A DNA stretch of 64,000 nucleotides from Candidatus Sulfomarinibacteraceae bacterium (GCA_963796455.1 CAWCLO010000003.1:192001-256000), one strand, 5' to 3'; shown: positions 37,960-48,304, counted from the stretch's first letter. Numbers and translations are program-made. Notes: a model not told the origin generated them from the sequence alone.

Positions 37960-38421
37960 TTACCAGTCGGCATATTTTGTTCCATCAATGGCGACTCCTT
38001 CCGAAGTCGAACGAATGTCGTAGACGTTCTGCCCTCCCCAACTCGTCGCGTCGGCATCGTCCTGATACGATCGCAACTCCCAGTCCTCGCGGGTCATCGG
38101 ATCAATCGGGATACGCCGCAAGAACTTCATCTTGGTCTCCTGACCGACAAGTTCGACCCCTTCCACAAGCAACTCGAGGTTCTCGGGGTAGCCCTCGCCA
38201 CCGATGGTGACGGGAATCAGACCTTGGTCAGAAAGTCTTTTGTACTCGTCGATGGCCGTCCGGACCTGACGCAGCGCGAGACGCAAATCGGCTTCTTTGC
38301 GGCGTTTGACGGTGAACTTGGCGACCGGAAGAACCATCGACGACAAGACCGCAACCAGGGCTACCACCATCACCAATTCGGCAAGGGTGTATCCAAGCTG
38401 AGACTTGCTTCGCGTAATCAT
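37960..38421 (-). CDS. GspG-like pseudopilin
   Basis: LG|YTLAELVMVVALVAVL and FLRRIPIDPMT. Confidence 0.88.
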   Translation of the reverse strand: MITRSKSQLGYTLAELVMVVALVAVLSSMVLPVAKFTVKRRKEADLRLALRQVRTAIDEYKRLSDQGLIPVTIGGEGYPENLELLVEGVELVGQETKMKFLRRIPIDPMTREDWELRSYQDDADATSWGGQNVYDIRSTSEGVAIDGTKYADW

Positions 38422-40820
38422 CGTTTCTCGTTGACCTGACCGCCACCGTTGACAAAGAGGGCCCCGTCCGACGCCGCAACCGGTATCGAAGAACCATCAG
38501 ATGTCACTGCGCCTGCAGCGGTGAAGACCAATGGCACCGGGCCCGCCTCGAGCGCACGGATTCCCAACACGACCACCGCCTGCCCGCTCTCGATGCCATT
38601 GGTGACGATAAGATCCAGATCGATCCAGCCGTCGACCGGGTTGACATCATGGCGCAGGACCTCGACACCGGCCCCGGGCAGAACTTCTTCAATCGACACT
38701 TTATTGGGGTCGAAGGAAAGACCCACCGGTAGGCGGTACGAACCGGTACCGCCTCGAACAACGATTTGCAGCTGGGTTTCCTGCTGCGGCCGAATCGAGA
38801 TCACCGATGGTTCGAGCCCGACCAACAGGGGCGGTTTGCTGGCATCTATCTGTCCGACGACCGGCTCGAACTCGGGGACATCGCTCCACCCCAGATCCGC
38901 GTCCTGTTTCTCGACCCCGGACGGCACCAGATCCACCCCTTCGCTCTCAGTCGCCGGCGGGTTGACGCGACGCGGAGCGGTGGGGCGCCTCGATCCCGGT
39001 CGCCCATAGGGCTCGTTCGATTGATCTGTCGGTTCGGCCTGTTGCTTGTTTGCATCTTCGTCAAACGGGCCTCTCGGAGCGCGGCCGGATTCAACCCGCG
39101 GTCGGGTTCCCGAGTACGAGATCCTGCTTTCGGTCCCGACCCAGATCGGCGCCAGATCCTCTTCCTCGATATTCGGGAAACGAATGATCTGCGGCGTCAG
39201 AGTCAGCACGAGATCGGTGTCCTTGTTGGTGATGTTTTCATTTCGAAACAGCCGACCGAGCCACGGGATATCGCCCAGAATCGGCGTCTTGGTGACTCCC
39301 TTGGTCTTGTCCCGCCGGATCAGACCCGCGAGCAGGCTCGACTCGCCGCTTTTGAGCCGGATCGTCGAGGTGATGGTCCGGGTTCCGATCGTGATCGCCT
39401 CCTGTCCGGGGCCAACCGGCACGGTCTCACCCAGGTTCGAAATCTCGACCTTGAGGATGAGGGTGATCTCACGGTTGTGGTGGACTCGGGGCTCGACTTC
39501 GATCTGAATACCGATGTCCTTGTACTGGAACGAGGTGATCGGGACCACACTGCCGCCGATGGTGTTCGAGGTGTTGAAGGAGGTCACCGGGATCGGCACC
39601 TGATCACCGATCAGCAAATTGGCCTTCTCGCCCTCGGTGATCCGCAACTGCGGTTGCGCGATGACCGTGGCCTCACCCGAGGACTTGGCCAGATTGATGA
39701 GAATGCTCGGTACGTTGATGAACCAATTACCGCGCGTGATGTTCGAAAAATCATCGAGGCCGAGGGTCCCGGCGGGTGCCGACGGGTTGACTGCGGCGGT
39801 ATCGAGTCCGAGGTTGAAGTTATAGGTGGACAACGCGGTTCCGATGTTCGAGTTCTTGGTTGTCGCCATGATCATGATCTCGACATCGACCAGGACCTCG
39901 GCCTTGGCTTTGTCGTTGACCTTGATGAGCTTCTCTGCGATCGCCACCTTGTCGGCGGTGTCGCGCAGAGTGATTGCGTTGAGCTGTTCATTGGTCGACA
40001 GCCGGCGCGCCTCGATCAAGGACCGCAGCAGTTTGTCGATCTCTTTGACGTCGGCGTTGGAGAGGAAGAAGGTCTTGATGACGAGATCCTCGTATTCACG
40101 ACGATTCTGGGGCGTGTCGTCGGCAATGATGATCGAGTTCTCATCCAAGACCTTGTAAAAATGACCGGCTGCCTGCATCACCATTTCCAGCGATTGTTCG
40201 GAGGTCAGATCCCGCAGTTCGACGGCCAATCGATCGTCTTTGAGCGCCGGATCGAAGAGCACGTTGAAGCCGTAGGCCTTTCCGATGGCGTTGTAGATCT
40301 CCTTGACCGGTTTTGGTTTGGGAAAATTGAGGGTGATGGGTTCGTTGGACTTCGGATCGAGAACCGGAGGCTGCACCTTGGCGCGTCTCGCCTGATCCTT
40401 GAGCTCTTCGAGTTTTCGAGCACCATTGGGCAGGGACAGGATCTCCATCTCCTCGATGACGTCTTCGAGAATCTGGGCCGCATATTGATTGGTCGGATCC
40501 AGCTGGACCGCCATCTGCAGCTCGTTCCGGGCCGCCAGGAGTCTTCCCAACTGGCGCAACGAAACCCCGTTCTGAAAGTGGGTTTGGGAAGCCTTTTGCC
40601 GGGTAAAGGCGAGCTGCATCTTGTACTCGATATTGTCGGGATCCTCGGCAAGGGCCTGAAGATAATGGTAGACGGCAGCGTCCCAGTTCTGATTTCTGGC
40701 GGCGTCACTGCCGTCATTGGATGTCTGCTTGGCGGTCGAGCAACCGACCGTCGCCACCACCAGGGTGATGGCGAGCGCACACCCGAGAACTCCGATTCTA
40801 TTGTTCAGACAACGGTACAC
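38418..40820 (-). CDS. Secretin (GspD/PilQ family) lipoprotein with N-terminal TPR-like and C-terminal cohesin-like regions
   Basis: GTG at 40820 after GGAGGA. Lipobox TVGC. Secretin motifs YKDIGIQIEVEP and PILGDIPWLGRLF...LTPQII. Confidence 0.9.
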   Translation of the reverse strand: MYRCLNNRIGVLGCALAITLVVATVGCSTAKQTSNDGSDAARNQNWDAAVYHYLQALAEDPDNIEYKMQLAFTRQKASQTHFQNGVSLRQLGRLLAARNELQMAVQLDPTNQYAAQILEDVIEEMEILSLPNGARKLEELKDQARRAKVQPPVLDPKSNEPITLNFPKPKPVKEIYNAIGKAYGFNVLFDPALKDDRLAVELRDLTSEQSLEMVMQAAGHFYKVLDENSIIIADDTPQNRREYEDLVIKTFFLSNADVKEIDKLLRSLIEARRLSTNEQLNAITLRDTADKVAIAEKLIKVNDKAKAEVLVDVEIMIMATTKNSNIGTALSTYNFNLGLDTAAVNPSAPAGTLGLDDFSNITRGNWFINVPSILINLAKSSGEATVIAQPQLRITEGEKANLLIGDQVPIPVTSFNTSNTIGGSVVPITSFQYKDIGIQIEVEPRVHHNREITLILKVEISNLGETVPVGPGQEAITIGTRTITSTIRLKSGESSLLAGLIRRDKTKGVTKTPILGDIPWLGRLFRNENITNKDTDLVLTLTPQIIRFPNIEEEDLAPIWVGTESRISYSGTRPRVESGRAPRGPFDEDANKQQAEPTDQSNEPYGRPGSRRPTAPRRVNPPATESEGVDLVPSGVEKQDADLGWSDVPEFEPVVGQIDASKPPLLVGLEPSVISIRPQQETQLQIVVRGGTGSYRLPVGLSFDPNKVSIEEVLPGAGVEVLRHDVNPVDGWIDLDLIVTNGIESGQAVVVLGIRALEAGPVPLVFTAAGAVTSDGSSIPVAASDGALFVNGGGQVNEKR

Positions 40821-41397
40821 GCTGATCCTCCGAGGGAGCGTATCCGACAAAGCCGATCTTTACCGACTCCAATCCGATCTCCCGTACGATGAAAATATCG
40901 TCCAGCACATCTCCGACGACAGCGACTTCGATCTCGCTGCTTCCAGCTTCGATTCCCTTTTTTCGAAATGCAGCTACCTTCTTTGGCGTCGGGCCCAGAT
41001 AGCCGATGAACTCGCGATCAAACGGTGGTGGCGGCGGAAGTTCCTCGCCGTTCAGACCATGTGCAATACGCGGAGTCGGAGTCGGACGAACGACCCGCGG
41101 ACCACGAGGTGTCGGAGTCGGGGGCGGCGTCAGGTTTGGAGTCGGAGTCGGCGGCGCTCGATAGGCAAAGGGGTTGCCGTTCGATACCGACGAAGTTCCG
41201 GCAGCCAGCCCGATTCCTTCGATCTCGAGGGGCGGCAGATTCCGAGCCTCGTAGTCGAGTTTCGCGCTTCGTGCACCACCGCCACCCATGCTTCCGGCCT
41301 TCCAGTAATTGACACCCGCAACGACAACCACAACCACCAGCACCAGCAACAAGACTCCGAGCCGAACCCTGTCGTCGGAAAACTTCAATTTAGCCAT
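40798..41397 (-). CDS. Hypothetical membrane-anchored protein (PilP/GspC position) with Pro/Thr linker
   Basis: N-terminal TM, NPF motif and PTPTP repeats. Position immediately upstream of the secretin. Confidence 0.6.
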   Translation of the reverse strand: MAKLKFSDDRVRLGVLLLVLVVVVVVAGVNYWKAGSMGGGGARSAKLDYEARNLPPLEIEGIGLAAGTSSVSNGNPFAYRAPPTPTPNLTPPPTPTPRGPRVVRPTPTPRIAHGLNGEELPPPPPFDREFIGYLGPTPKKVAAFRKKGIEAGSSEIEVAVVGDVLDDIFIVREIGLESVKIGFVGYAPSEDQRVPLSEQ

Positions 41398-42016
41398 TGT
41401 CCGCCTCCCCGGGTCGTATCCGACCGCCGGTCAGGCGACGCAACTGCTGTTCATCCGCTTCGGCCAGGAAGGTGGAAATATTGACAGACATGGAAAGTTC
41501 ACGACTCACCGGGTCTTCCTGTCCGGAAAGGCTCAGGTTGTCGACGATCAGGAATTCCGGGCTCGCCTGAAGCTCGGCCAGCATCTGCCGGATCTGGCGG
41601 TATTCTCCTTCGACCGCGAATCGTACTCCAAAACGAACAAACCCGGTCTGCCGGTCTTCGCGGGCCGAATAGGTATATGCGTTGGGTCGAAGCCCCGCAT
41701 TGCCGGTCGCCGCACCCACCGCACGCATGATCCCGGTCAGACGTTGATCCAGACTTCCGAACACGTCGTCGTAGAGCACGATGAACTGCTCTTCGAGTTC
41801 GGCAACCCGCTCGCGATCGCCAGAAGCCGCAACCCCCACCGATTCAAGCCGGGTGAACTCCGTTTCAAGCTCCGCCATCTCGCTTCGGATGCGGGCTCGG
41901 CTCCCCCCGGAATCGGAGGTCTGCCAGGCAAAGAGACCTGCCGCCCCGAGACAGAGCAGCACCGCGGGCAGCCACACCGCCAGCAGACGCTTCCAGGGTC
42001 GAAAGTCCACAATCAT
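41390..42016 (-). CDS. PilO/GspM-like protein
   Basis: TM plus coiled coil plus VEGEYRQIRQMLAELQ..FLIVDNL. Operon position. Confidence 0.7.
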   Translation of the reverse strand: MIVDFRPWKRLLAVWLPAVLLCLGAAGLFAWQTSDSGGSRARIRSEMAELETEFTRLESVGVAASGDRERVAELEEQFIVLYDDVFGSLDQRLTGIMRAVGAATGNAGLRPNAYTYSAREDRQTGFVRFGVRFAVEGEYRQIRQMLAELQASPEFLIVDNLSLSGQEDPVSRELSMSVNISTFLAEADEQQLRRLTGGRIRPGEADNG

Positions 42017-42586
42017 TCGTCATCCTCGGCCGGGTGGTAGGTCACCCGCAGGGTCAGACCATAGGTCGCCAGCGGCGATTCTTCGGGGCTGATTTCGCTC
42101 GATGGTGTCGGTTCTTCGAATCGAGGATCGGCAATGAGGTTGTCGAGCAGTTGCAACATCGCTTCGCGGGTGCGCGCCACCACCTCGAACGCGAGGTTGA
42201 CTCCCTCGGGGGTGACGCTTGGGGTGATCTTCGTCAGCCGCACGTCATAGGGCATGATCCGCTCGATGTCATCGAGCATTTCGAGCCACGAAAAGCTGTG
42301 TTCCTTCAGAATCAAGTTCGTGGCATCGACCTTTGTTTCCAAGCGAGCGCCACGGCACTCTGGAGAGGCTGTTCACGTCAGTCCTCACCCCTCGCTCCAG
42401 CACCTCGAAACGAGTCTGCAGCTCATCGCGGCGCGAGCGTTCGTCGCCGAGCGTCCGGTTGCCAACCAGAAAGAGACGGAGGTTGAGCGCGATCAGGATC
42501 AGGGCCAGGCTCGCGGCGGCAATCGCCACCAGCCAAACCGGGCGGTTGTTCAAAAACGGGCGCGTCGCGAGATTCGGAATGATCAT
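42013..42586 (-). CDS. PilN-like protein with +1 frameshift at about 42341
   Basis: PNLATRPF plus TM in one frame, FSWLEMLDDIERIMPYDVRL in the next. ATGA overlaps at both ends. Span 574 nt = 3n+1. Confidence 0.75.
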
Positions 42587-43498
42587 CGAATCTCTCCCAT
42601 CACGACTGCCATGGCCGGTGCCAATCTCGCCGCCCCGAGCCGTTTGACCACAGTCGTCGGGCCGCACGGTGGCAGCGCCTGGTTGGGAGCCGGCAGTAGC
42701 CGATCCTGTTCGGCAAACCACGCCCTCGCCGCAGCATCGATATCCGGATTCTCCGAAACAAACCGAACGTCGATGTCGCCCTCGATGCCCAGCTTTTGTC
42801 TGATGAATCGCAGACTGAGCCCGATCTCTCGCAGCACGGTCTGAGGTCCTTCATCGCTACGCGCCAGTGGTTTGCTGCGCAACAATTGCGGCACCGATTC
42901 AACGACCAGGAAGAGGGAAAGGAAATTCGCCTCGTGTTGGATGAACAACATCGGTCGGTCAGCACCCACATCCCGCGGCAAAAGCGCAAACAACCTCGTC
43001 GTCAGGAGGCCGACCTCGATCCCCACTGATGAAAACGCCGATTCGACGGCGGCCATCGCACGCTCGATTCCGACCATCGCAAGAAGGCGGTTCTTGCCGT
43101 CGCCGTCGGGTAGGCGCAAGACCGAAAGGCGGACCTCCGCCGGCGGAACGGGGAGTAATCTCTTGAGTTTCCAGCGGACGACGTCGTGCAGCTCCGCCTC
43201 CGTTCGAGGCACCCGATCTACTTCGAGCAGATAGCTTCTCAACCAAGCGCTCGGCACGATCACCGCCGCGGTGCTCGCGCCCTCGGCGGCCCCCTTGAGT
43301 CGGGCCAGGACCGGGCCGACGAGAGCTTGATGAACGGCCAGGAGTCCGACCGGACCGACATCGAAGCCAGCCGCTTGGAAATTCTTCCGTGGCACAGTGG
43401 ATCTCGGTCGCAGCGCGATGCACGACCAAACCTTCCCTCTCGTCCAACACCCACCCGGTGTTGGCCGGCGGACTGGTGAGCAATCGATTCCAGTTCAT
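42583..43498 (-). CDS. PilM/GspL-like protein with +1 frameshift at about 43375
   Basis: ATG at 43498 overlaps the gspE stop. Reading continues ...EEFP(A)AGFDVGP... VVRWKLKRLLP. Span 916 nt = 3n+1. Confidence 0.7.
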
Positions 43499-45132
43499 TC
43501 GACGAAGGTCACCTTGTTGACATCGTGGAGCGAGGTTTCTCCGGCAAAAACTTTTTGCAGCGCCGATTCACGCAAGAAACGCATCCCCTCGGCCTTGGCC
43601 GCTCTCTTGATCTCAGCCGCGGATCGGCGATCGATGATCAGCTGACGAATATTGTCCGAAAGATTGAGCAGTTCGGCAATGGCGAGGCGACCCCGATACC
43701 CGGTGCCGTTGCACTCGATACAGCCGTCCCCTTCATAAAATGTGAAGTCGCGATACCGATCCGGATCCAGGCCCGAATCCTCGAGCAAGATGTCCGATAT
43801 CTGTGCAGGCCGTTTGCAGTGGAGGCAAATCCTGCGCACAAGTCGCTGCGCGAGCACGCAGTTCAGCGCCGCCACAAAATTGTAGAGATCGACGTTCATG
43901 TTGAGGAATCGTCCAATGACATCGACGACGTTGTTGGCGTGAACCGTTGTAAAAACCAGATGCCCTGTCAGCGCGGACTGAACCGCGATCTGGGCCGTCT
44001 CCTCGTCTCGAATCTCCCCCACCATCACCTTGTCGGGGTCATGCCGGAGAATCGAACGGAGACCTCGAGCAAAAGTCAGACCCTTCTTTTCATTGACCGG
44101 AATCTGGGTGATTCCTTTGAGCTGATATTCCACCGGATCCTCGATGGTGACGATCTTGTCTTCGGTGGAGCGGATTTCGGACAGACAGGCATACAAGGAT
44201 GTGGTTTTTCCCGACCCGGTCGGGCCGGTCACCAACACCATTCCGTAGGGTTCGTTGATGAACTTGCGCAGCTGCCGCTTGGTATCGTCCTCGATGCCGA
44301 GCACATCGAGGTTGAGCGTCTTGAATTCGGCATTGGTCGATTCTTTGTCGAGAATACGGATGACCGCATCCTCGCCGTGCACCGTCGGCATGATGGAGAC
44401 ACGAAAGTCGATCGTGCGGCCCGAAAAACGAACCTTGAACCGACCGTCCTGGGGGATCCGTTTTTCGGCGATATCGAGCTCCGACATCACCTTGATGCGG
44501 CTGACGATGGTCGAATGGTGCCTTTTGTCGATCGGCTTCATGGCCTGATAGAGCACACCATCGATGCGGTATTTGACGACGACCTCGCGATCCTGGGTCT
44601 CGATGTGGATATCGGAGGCGCGACGCTGAATGGCGTTGAAGAGCACTGAATCGACAAGCCGGATAATGGGCGACGAATCCGCGGTGATGCGATCGATCGA
44701 GAGGACCTCTTCGCCGTCCTCCGAATCCTGGACCAACTGCATGCTGAAGCCTTCGGTCGCCTCATCGAGCACTCGCTGGGTCGATTCCGATTTGTCGAGA
44801 ATCTCTGCGATCCGGTTGGCCGGACCGACCGAAATCTCGAGCGGCCTCGCCAGCGCCATTTCAACCTCATTCACCATGATCACATCGGAGGGATCCGCCA
44901 TCACGACGTGCAGGATTTCGCCTTCCGACCGCAGGGGAAGGAACTGATAACGCAGCATCACCTCGACCGGGATCGTTCGAAAGAGTTCCGGATCGACGTG
45001 AAACTCGTCCAGGGGGTCGAAGGGCATCTGCAACTGATCGGCGATCGCGCGTGCAGTCTGTTCTTCCTCGTGACCTTCCCTCTCCTGATCGAGGTTGACG
45101 AGATGTTCTTCGAGATTTGGATCAGTTGCCAT
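43495..45132 (-). CDS. GspE/PilB family secretion/assembly ATPase
   Basis: ASDIHIE, PQDGR, GPTGSGKTT, TIEDPVE, LRHDPDKVMVGEIRD and a tetracysteine motif. Confidence 0.95.
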   Translation of the reverse strand: MATDPNLEEHLVNLDQEREGHEEEQTARAIADQLQMPFDPLDEFHVDPELFRTIPVEVMLRYQFLPLRSEGEILHVVMADPSDVIMVNEVEMALARPLEISVGPANRIAEILDKSESTQRVLDEATEGFSMQLVQDSEDGEEVLSIDRITADSSPIIRLVDSVLFNAIQRRASDIHIETQDREVVVKYRIDGVLYQAMKPIDKRHHSTIVSRIKVMSELDIAEKRIPQDGRFKVRFSGRTIDFRVSIMPTVHGEDAVIRILDKESTNAEFKTLNLDVLGIEDDTKRQLRKFINEPYGMVLVTGPTGSGKTTSLYACLSEIRSTEDKIVTIEDPVEYQLKGITQIPVNEKKGLTFARGLRSILRHDPDKVMVGEIRDEETAQIAVQSALTGHLVFTTVHANNVVDVIGRFLNMNVDLYNFVAALNCVLAQRLVRRICLHCKRPAQISDILLEDSGLDPDRYRDFTFYEGDGCIECNGTGYRGRLAIAELLNLSDNIRQLIIDRRSAAEIKRAAKAEGMRFLRESALQKVFAGETSLHDVNKVTFVE

Positions 45133-45138
45133 AATTCC

Positions 45139-46347
45139 TCATGCGATCCGGCTGACGATCGTGAGCAACGGATAGTAAACGGCCAGCAGCAGCCCTGCAA
45201 CGATAAAACCCATGACGATGAGAATCAAAGGCTCGAAAAGCGTCACGACCCGATTGAGTGTGAACTCGATCGATTCGTCGAAAAAGTCCGAAGTGTGCTC
45301 GAGCATCTCGGGCAGCGCGCCGGTCGATTCACCGACGCGGATCATGGCCAGAGCCATTTCAGGGGTCTGGCCGGTGTCGGCGAGCGCCTCCGACAAGGGT
45401 CGTCCCTCCTGCACCTCCTGAACGCAGCCCAGAAAGAGCTCCGAAATGTATGCGTTACTGACCGAGGTTGCCGCCGTCTGCAGCGAGGGCACCATCGGAG
45501 TCCCTCCACCGAGGAGGATCGAGAGCGAGCGGCTGAACTGAGACATGGCAAAGAGATGGGCCAGACCGCCAACCAGGGGCAGCTTCAATCGCCAGCGATC
45601 GGTGATGAGACGACCCGATGGCGAAGACCGCCAGACTTTGAACAAATAACCGATCCCGATCGTCGCCAGGATGATATAGAGGATGTTCGCTTTGGTGAAC
45701 TCGGCCGTACCGAGAACCACCTTGGTGGGCAGGGGGAGCTCGGTCTCGAACTGAACGTAGAACTCGGTGAAGGACGGAATCACCTTGATCATCAAGATCA
45801 CGACCAGGGTAATCGACAGCGTGACCAAAACCGCAGGATAGGTCAACGCTCCGATGATCTTTTTGCGCACCGATTCGACCAACCGCTGGTAATCGCAGTA
45901 TCTGGCCAGGACCTGCTCCAGATCTCCGGAACGCTCGCCCGCGCGCAGGGAATTCGAGTACAACCGGGGAAAGGTCTCGCCGAGCGAAAGGAAGGCGTCC
46001 GAGAGGGCGACACCGGTTGTCACCTGCTGGTGAATCTTGTTGAGAAGCGTTCGGAAATGGAGATTCGCCTGCTGGTCCTTGAGCAACTCCAGACTCTGGG
46101 CCAGCGGCATGCCGGCGTGCAGAAGGGTCTTGAGCTGCGTATTGAAGAGGAGGAAGTCCTGGCCGCCAATCTTCTCCGATCGTGACAGGAGGGGCACTCT
46201 GAGACGAGATCGGGCCGCCTGCAGATTGAAGACGTGGAATCCTTCACCCTCGAGCTCCCGGCGCAATGCGTCCATCGACACCGCGACCCGGCGTTGCTCC
46301 ACCACCGACCCATCCGGGGCTCCAAGCCGACAAACGAATTCAGGCAC
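45139..46347 (-). CDS. GspF/PilC family inner-membrane platform protein
   Basis: Two GspF domains (AGERSGDL, VGESTGAL), ALTYP and FEP. Confidence 0.93.
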   Translation of the reverse strand: MPEFVCRLGAPDGSVVEQRRVAVSMDALRRELEGEGFHVFNLQAARSRLRVPLLSRSEKIGGQDFLLFNTQLKTLLHAGMPLAQSLELLKDQQANLHFRTLLNKIHQQVTTGVALSDAFLSLGETFPRLYSNSLRAGERSGDLEQVLARYCDYQRLVESVRKKIIGALTYPAVLVTLSITLVVILMIKVIPSFTEFYVQFETELPLPTKVVLGTAEFTKANILYIILATIGIGYLFKVWRSSPSGRLITDRWRLKLPLVGGLAHLFAMSQFSRSLSILLGGGTPMVPSLQTAATSVSNAYISELFLGCVQEVQEGRPLSEALADTGQTPEMALAMIRVGESTGALPEMLEHTSDFFDESIEFTLNRVVTLFEPLILIVMGFIVAGLLLAVYYPLLTIVSRIA

Positions 46348-47058
46348 TCACCGAACCCCAATCGATTGTGCATGAACAATCAATACGAGACCGTTTTCCG
46401 CATCCTCACTTTTTCCGGCGCCGATATAAACCGTTTGATTGGGAGACAGGAACAGGCTTGTCTGCAGAAGCGGCGTGGATTTCTCATTTCCCTCTTTGCC
46501 CTCACCCACCCATTTGACCAGAAAATGCCGGAGCTGGATCCGGTTCCCGGGATTGGGAGCTCCCCACGGAGTGTTGGGCGAGTACTCCACCTTTTGCGCG
46601 ACAAAGGAGATCTGGTAGGCGTCGCCGAGCAAGGCGACGGCGGCGTTGCCGATCTCACCCTCGAGGGTGGCTCCACCGAGCCGGCGATAGGATGGAAATT
46701 TGAACATGCTCCGTAAACGTGAGTCGACCTCGACGGCCGGCTGAGCGGAGCTGTAGCTCGTCTCCGAACCCTCGATCAAATCAATATGGATGCTGAAATG
46801 ATCGGGCGCACGATCGAGTTCATCGATTACACCGGCGATTTTTTCGACCACCGCCGGAACATCCTGCACCGAAAGCCGGGAGCGGCTCGGCTGCAGCGTC
46901 AGACTCCCGTGTTCAGACAACATCGGTTCCACGGCCGTTGACACATCCATGACCGCCACGTGGTTGAGGGTGAAAACTCTCGATACCGTGTCGACCTCGG
47001 CCGCCACCGTCAGCCCGACACAGGCGAAGCACAAAACGACAACAAAGATCCTGCGCAT
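46348..47058 (-). CDS. Exported protein with secretin N-domain-like region
   Basis: Signal peptide. VFTLNHV...LSVQDVPAVVEKIAGVIDELD resembles the secretin N/NolW domain. Confidence 0.6.
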   Translation of the reverse strand: MRRIFVVVLCFACVGLTVAAEVDTVSRVFTLNHVAVMDVSTAVEPMLSEHGSLTLQPSRSRLSVQDVPAVVEKIAGVIDELDRAPDHFSIHIDLIEGSETSYSSAQPAVEVDSRLRSMFKFPSYRRLGGATLEGEIGNAAVALLGDAYQISFVAQKVEYSPNTPWGAPNPGNRIQLRHFLVKWVGEGKEGNEKSTPLLQTSLFLSPNQTVYIGAGKSEDAENGLVLIVHAQSIGVR

Positions 47059-47062
47059 CGAC

Positions 47063-47572
47063 CTAAAGCTCCAGGGCTGGATTGACGACGAAAACGGCCG
47101 CCGTGTCGTGGTCTTCGGTGGCAAACTGATAGACACGAACATCCTCACCGGACATCTCGACTTCGATCGAGGGGGGTGTGTGCGGTATTTCGGCTTCCGG
47201 TTTCACCACGGCCACGGGAACGACAGAGTCACTCCCCCAGAAGGGTACCATCCGCCACGCCAGACCACCGCCGATAACCATCACGGCCGCAGCCGCCGCG
47301 GCGAGCCACGGACGACGACGGCCTCGGATTCGGCCTTCGAGACGCTGCTGTCGAATCTGGTTCGTGACCGCCGCCGCACATGCCTCGATCCGGGCCGGGT
47401 CGACTACAGGCGGATCGGCCGCAACAAACAGGAGACTCGGTTCTTCACCGACAGCCCACCCGCGGCAGGAATCACACCTCCGAAGATGATCGCGGAACCA
47501 GCTTCGCTGATCGTCCTCGAGGCCCTCCTCGAGATATGGATCGAGCATTTCGCGAAAAACAGTACAGTTCAT
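47063..47572 (-). CDS. Anti-sigma factor (zf-HC2)
   Basis: MNC...HLRRCDSC followed by a TM helix. Directly after the ECF sigma. Confidence 0.88.
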   Translation of the reverse strand: MNCTVFREMLDPYLEEGLEDDQRSWFRDHLRRCDSCRGWAVGEEPSLLFVAADPPVVDPARIEACAAAVTNQIRQQRLEGRIRGRRRPWLAAAAAAVMVIGGGLAWRMVPFWGSDSVVPVAVVKPEAEIPHTPPSIEVEMSGEDVRVYQFATEDHDTAAVFVVNPALEL

Positions 47573-47573
47573 T

Positions 47574-48149
47574 TCAACCCCTCTCAGACACTGGCAGGTA
47601 TTCCGGAAAACGATCCCTCATTTCCCGTCTGAGTACCTTGCGCGCCTGAAATATGTGATTCCGAACGGTGGTAGCCGAACACCCGAGGACTGCTGCCACC
47701 TCGGATGTGTCGAGCCCATCCATTTCCCGAAGAACGAAGGCGCTGCGTTGCTGTGGCGTCAAACTCCCGACCAGCTGTTTCAGAATGCCGTCCGCCTCGT
47801 TGCTGTCGGCCCTCGCCCCGGCAGTCTCGCCGGGTCCAACCAGACGCAAACGGTGTTCGGTGCCCGCTTTGTGGGTTCGGTCGCGGCTGGAGCGCGACCG
47901 AAGAAGGTCAATCGCGAGGTTTGTTCCGATGCGATACAACCAGGTCGTGAAACTGAACCTCGAATCATATTTATCGAGACTCTGCCACGCTTTGAGATAG
48001 GCCATTTGGACCACATCCCAGGCCTCGGCATCGTCGGCCAGGATCCTCGCCACAGAACGGTGGAGCCCACCGGAATGCCGCCTGACGAGGTGGGCAAAAG
48101 CCTCCTCATCGCCATCCTTGGCGGACTGTACCCAGTCACGATCATTCAT
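47574..48149 (-). CDS. ECF RNA polymerase sigma-70 factor
   Basis: GDEEAFAHLV, DVVQ, FTTWLYRI..NLAID and region 4 EVAAVLGCSATTVRNHIFQAR. Confidence 0.93.
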   Translation of the reverse strand: MNDRDWVQSAKDGDEEAFAHLVRRHSGGLHRSVARILADDAEAWDVVQMAYLKAWQSLDKYDSRFSFTTWLYRIGTNLAIDLLRSRSSRDRTHKAGTEHRLRLVGPGETAGARADSNEADGILKQLVGSLTPQQRSAFVLREMDGLDTSEVAAVLGCSATTVRNHIFQARKVLRREMRDRFPEYLPVSERG

Positions 48150-48304
48150 GACCGATCCACCACTAAAACCGCCTTCCGGCAGAATGCACAGACGCTCCTT
48201 CACCATCGTTCCCCATCGGTTTTACGGATCACCCTCCGCAACCGTTGGTATCGATGTGGACGATCCTAGCATCATCACCCTGTCGCGTGAACTCAAAGTG
48301 CTGA

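Noticed and set aside
38766..40892. Long antisense ORFs (also 8890-10389, 19036-20514, 54339-56378, 56749-58119, 62496-63878)
   Set aside because: Shadow frames of well-supported genes in high-GC DNA, with no recognisable motifs.
42336..43381. Invertible 1-kb segment bounded by TTTCCAAGCG inverted repeats
   Set aside because: The genes inside and outside read colinearly on the same strand, inversion would not restore either ORF, and no recombinase is nearby.
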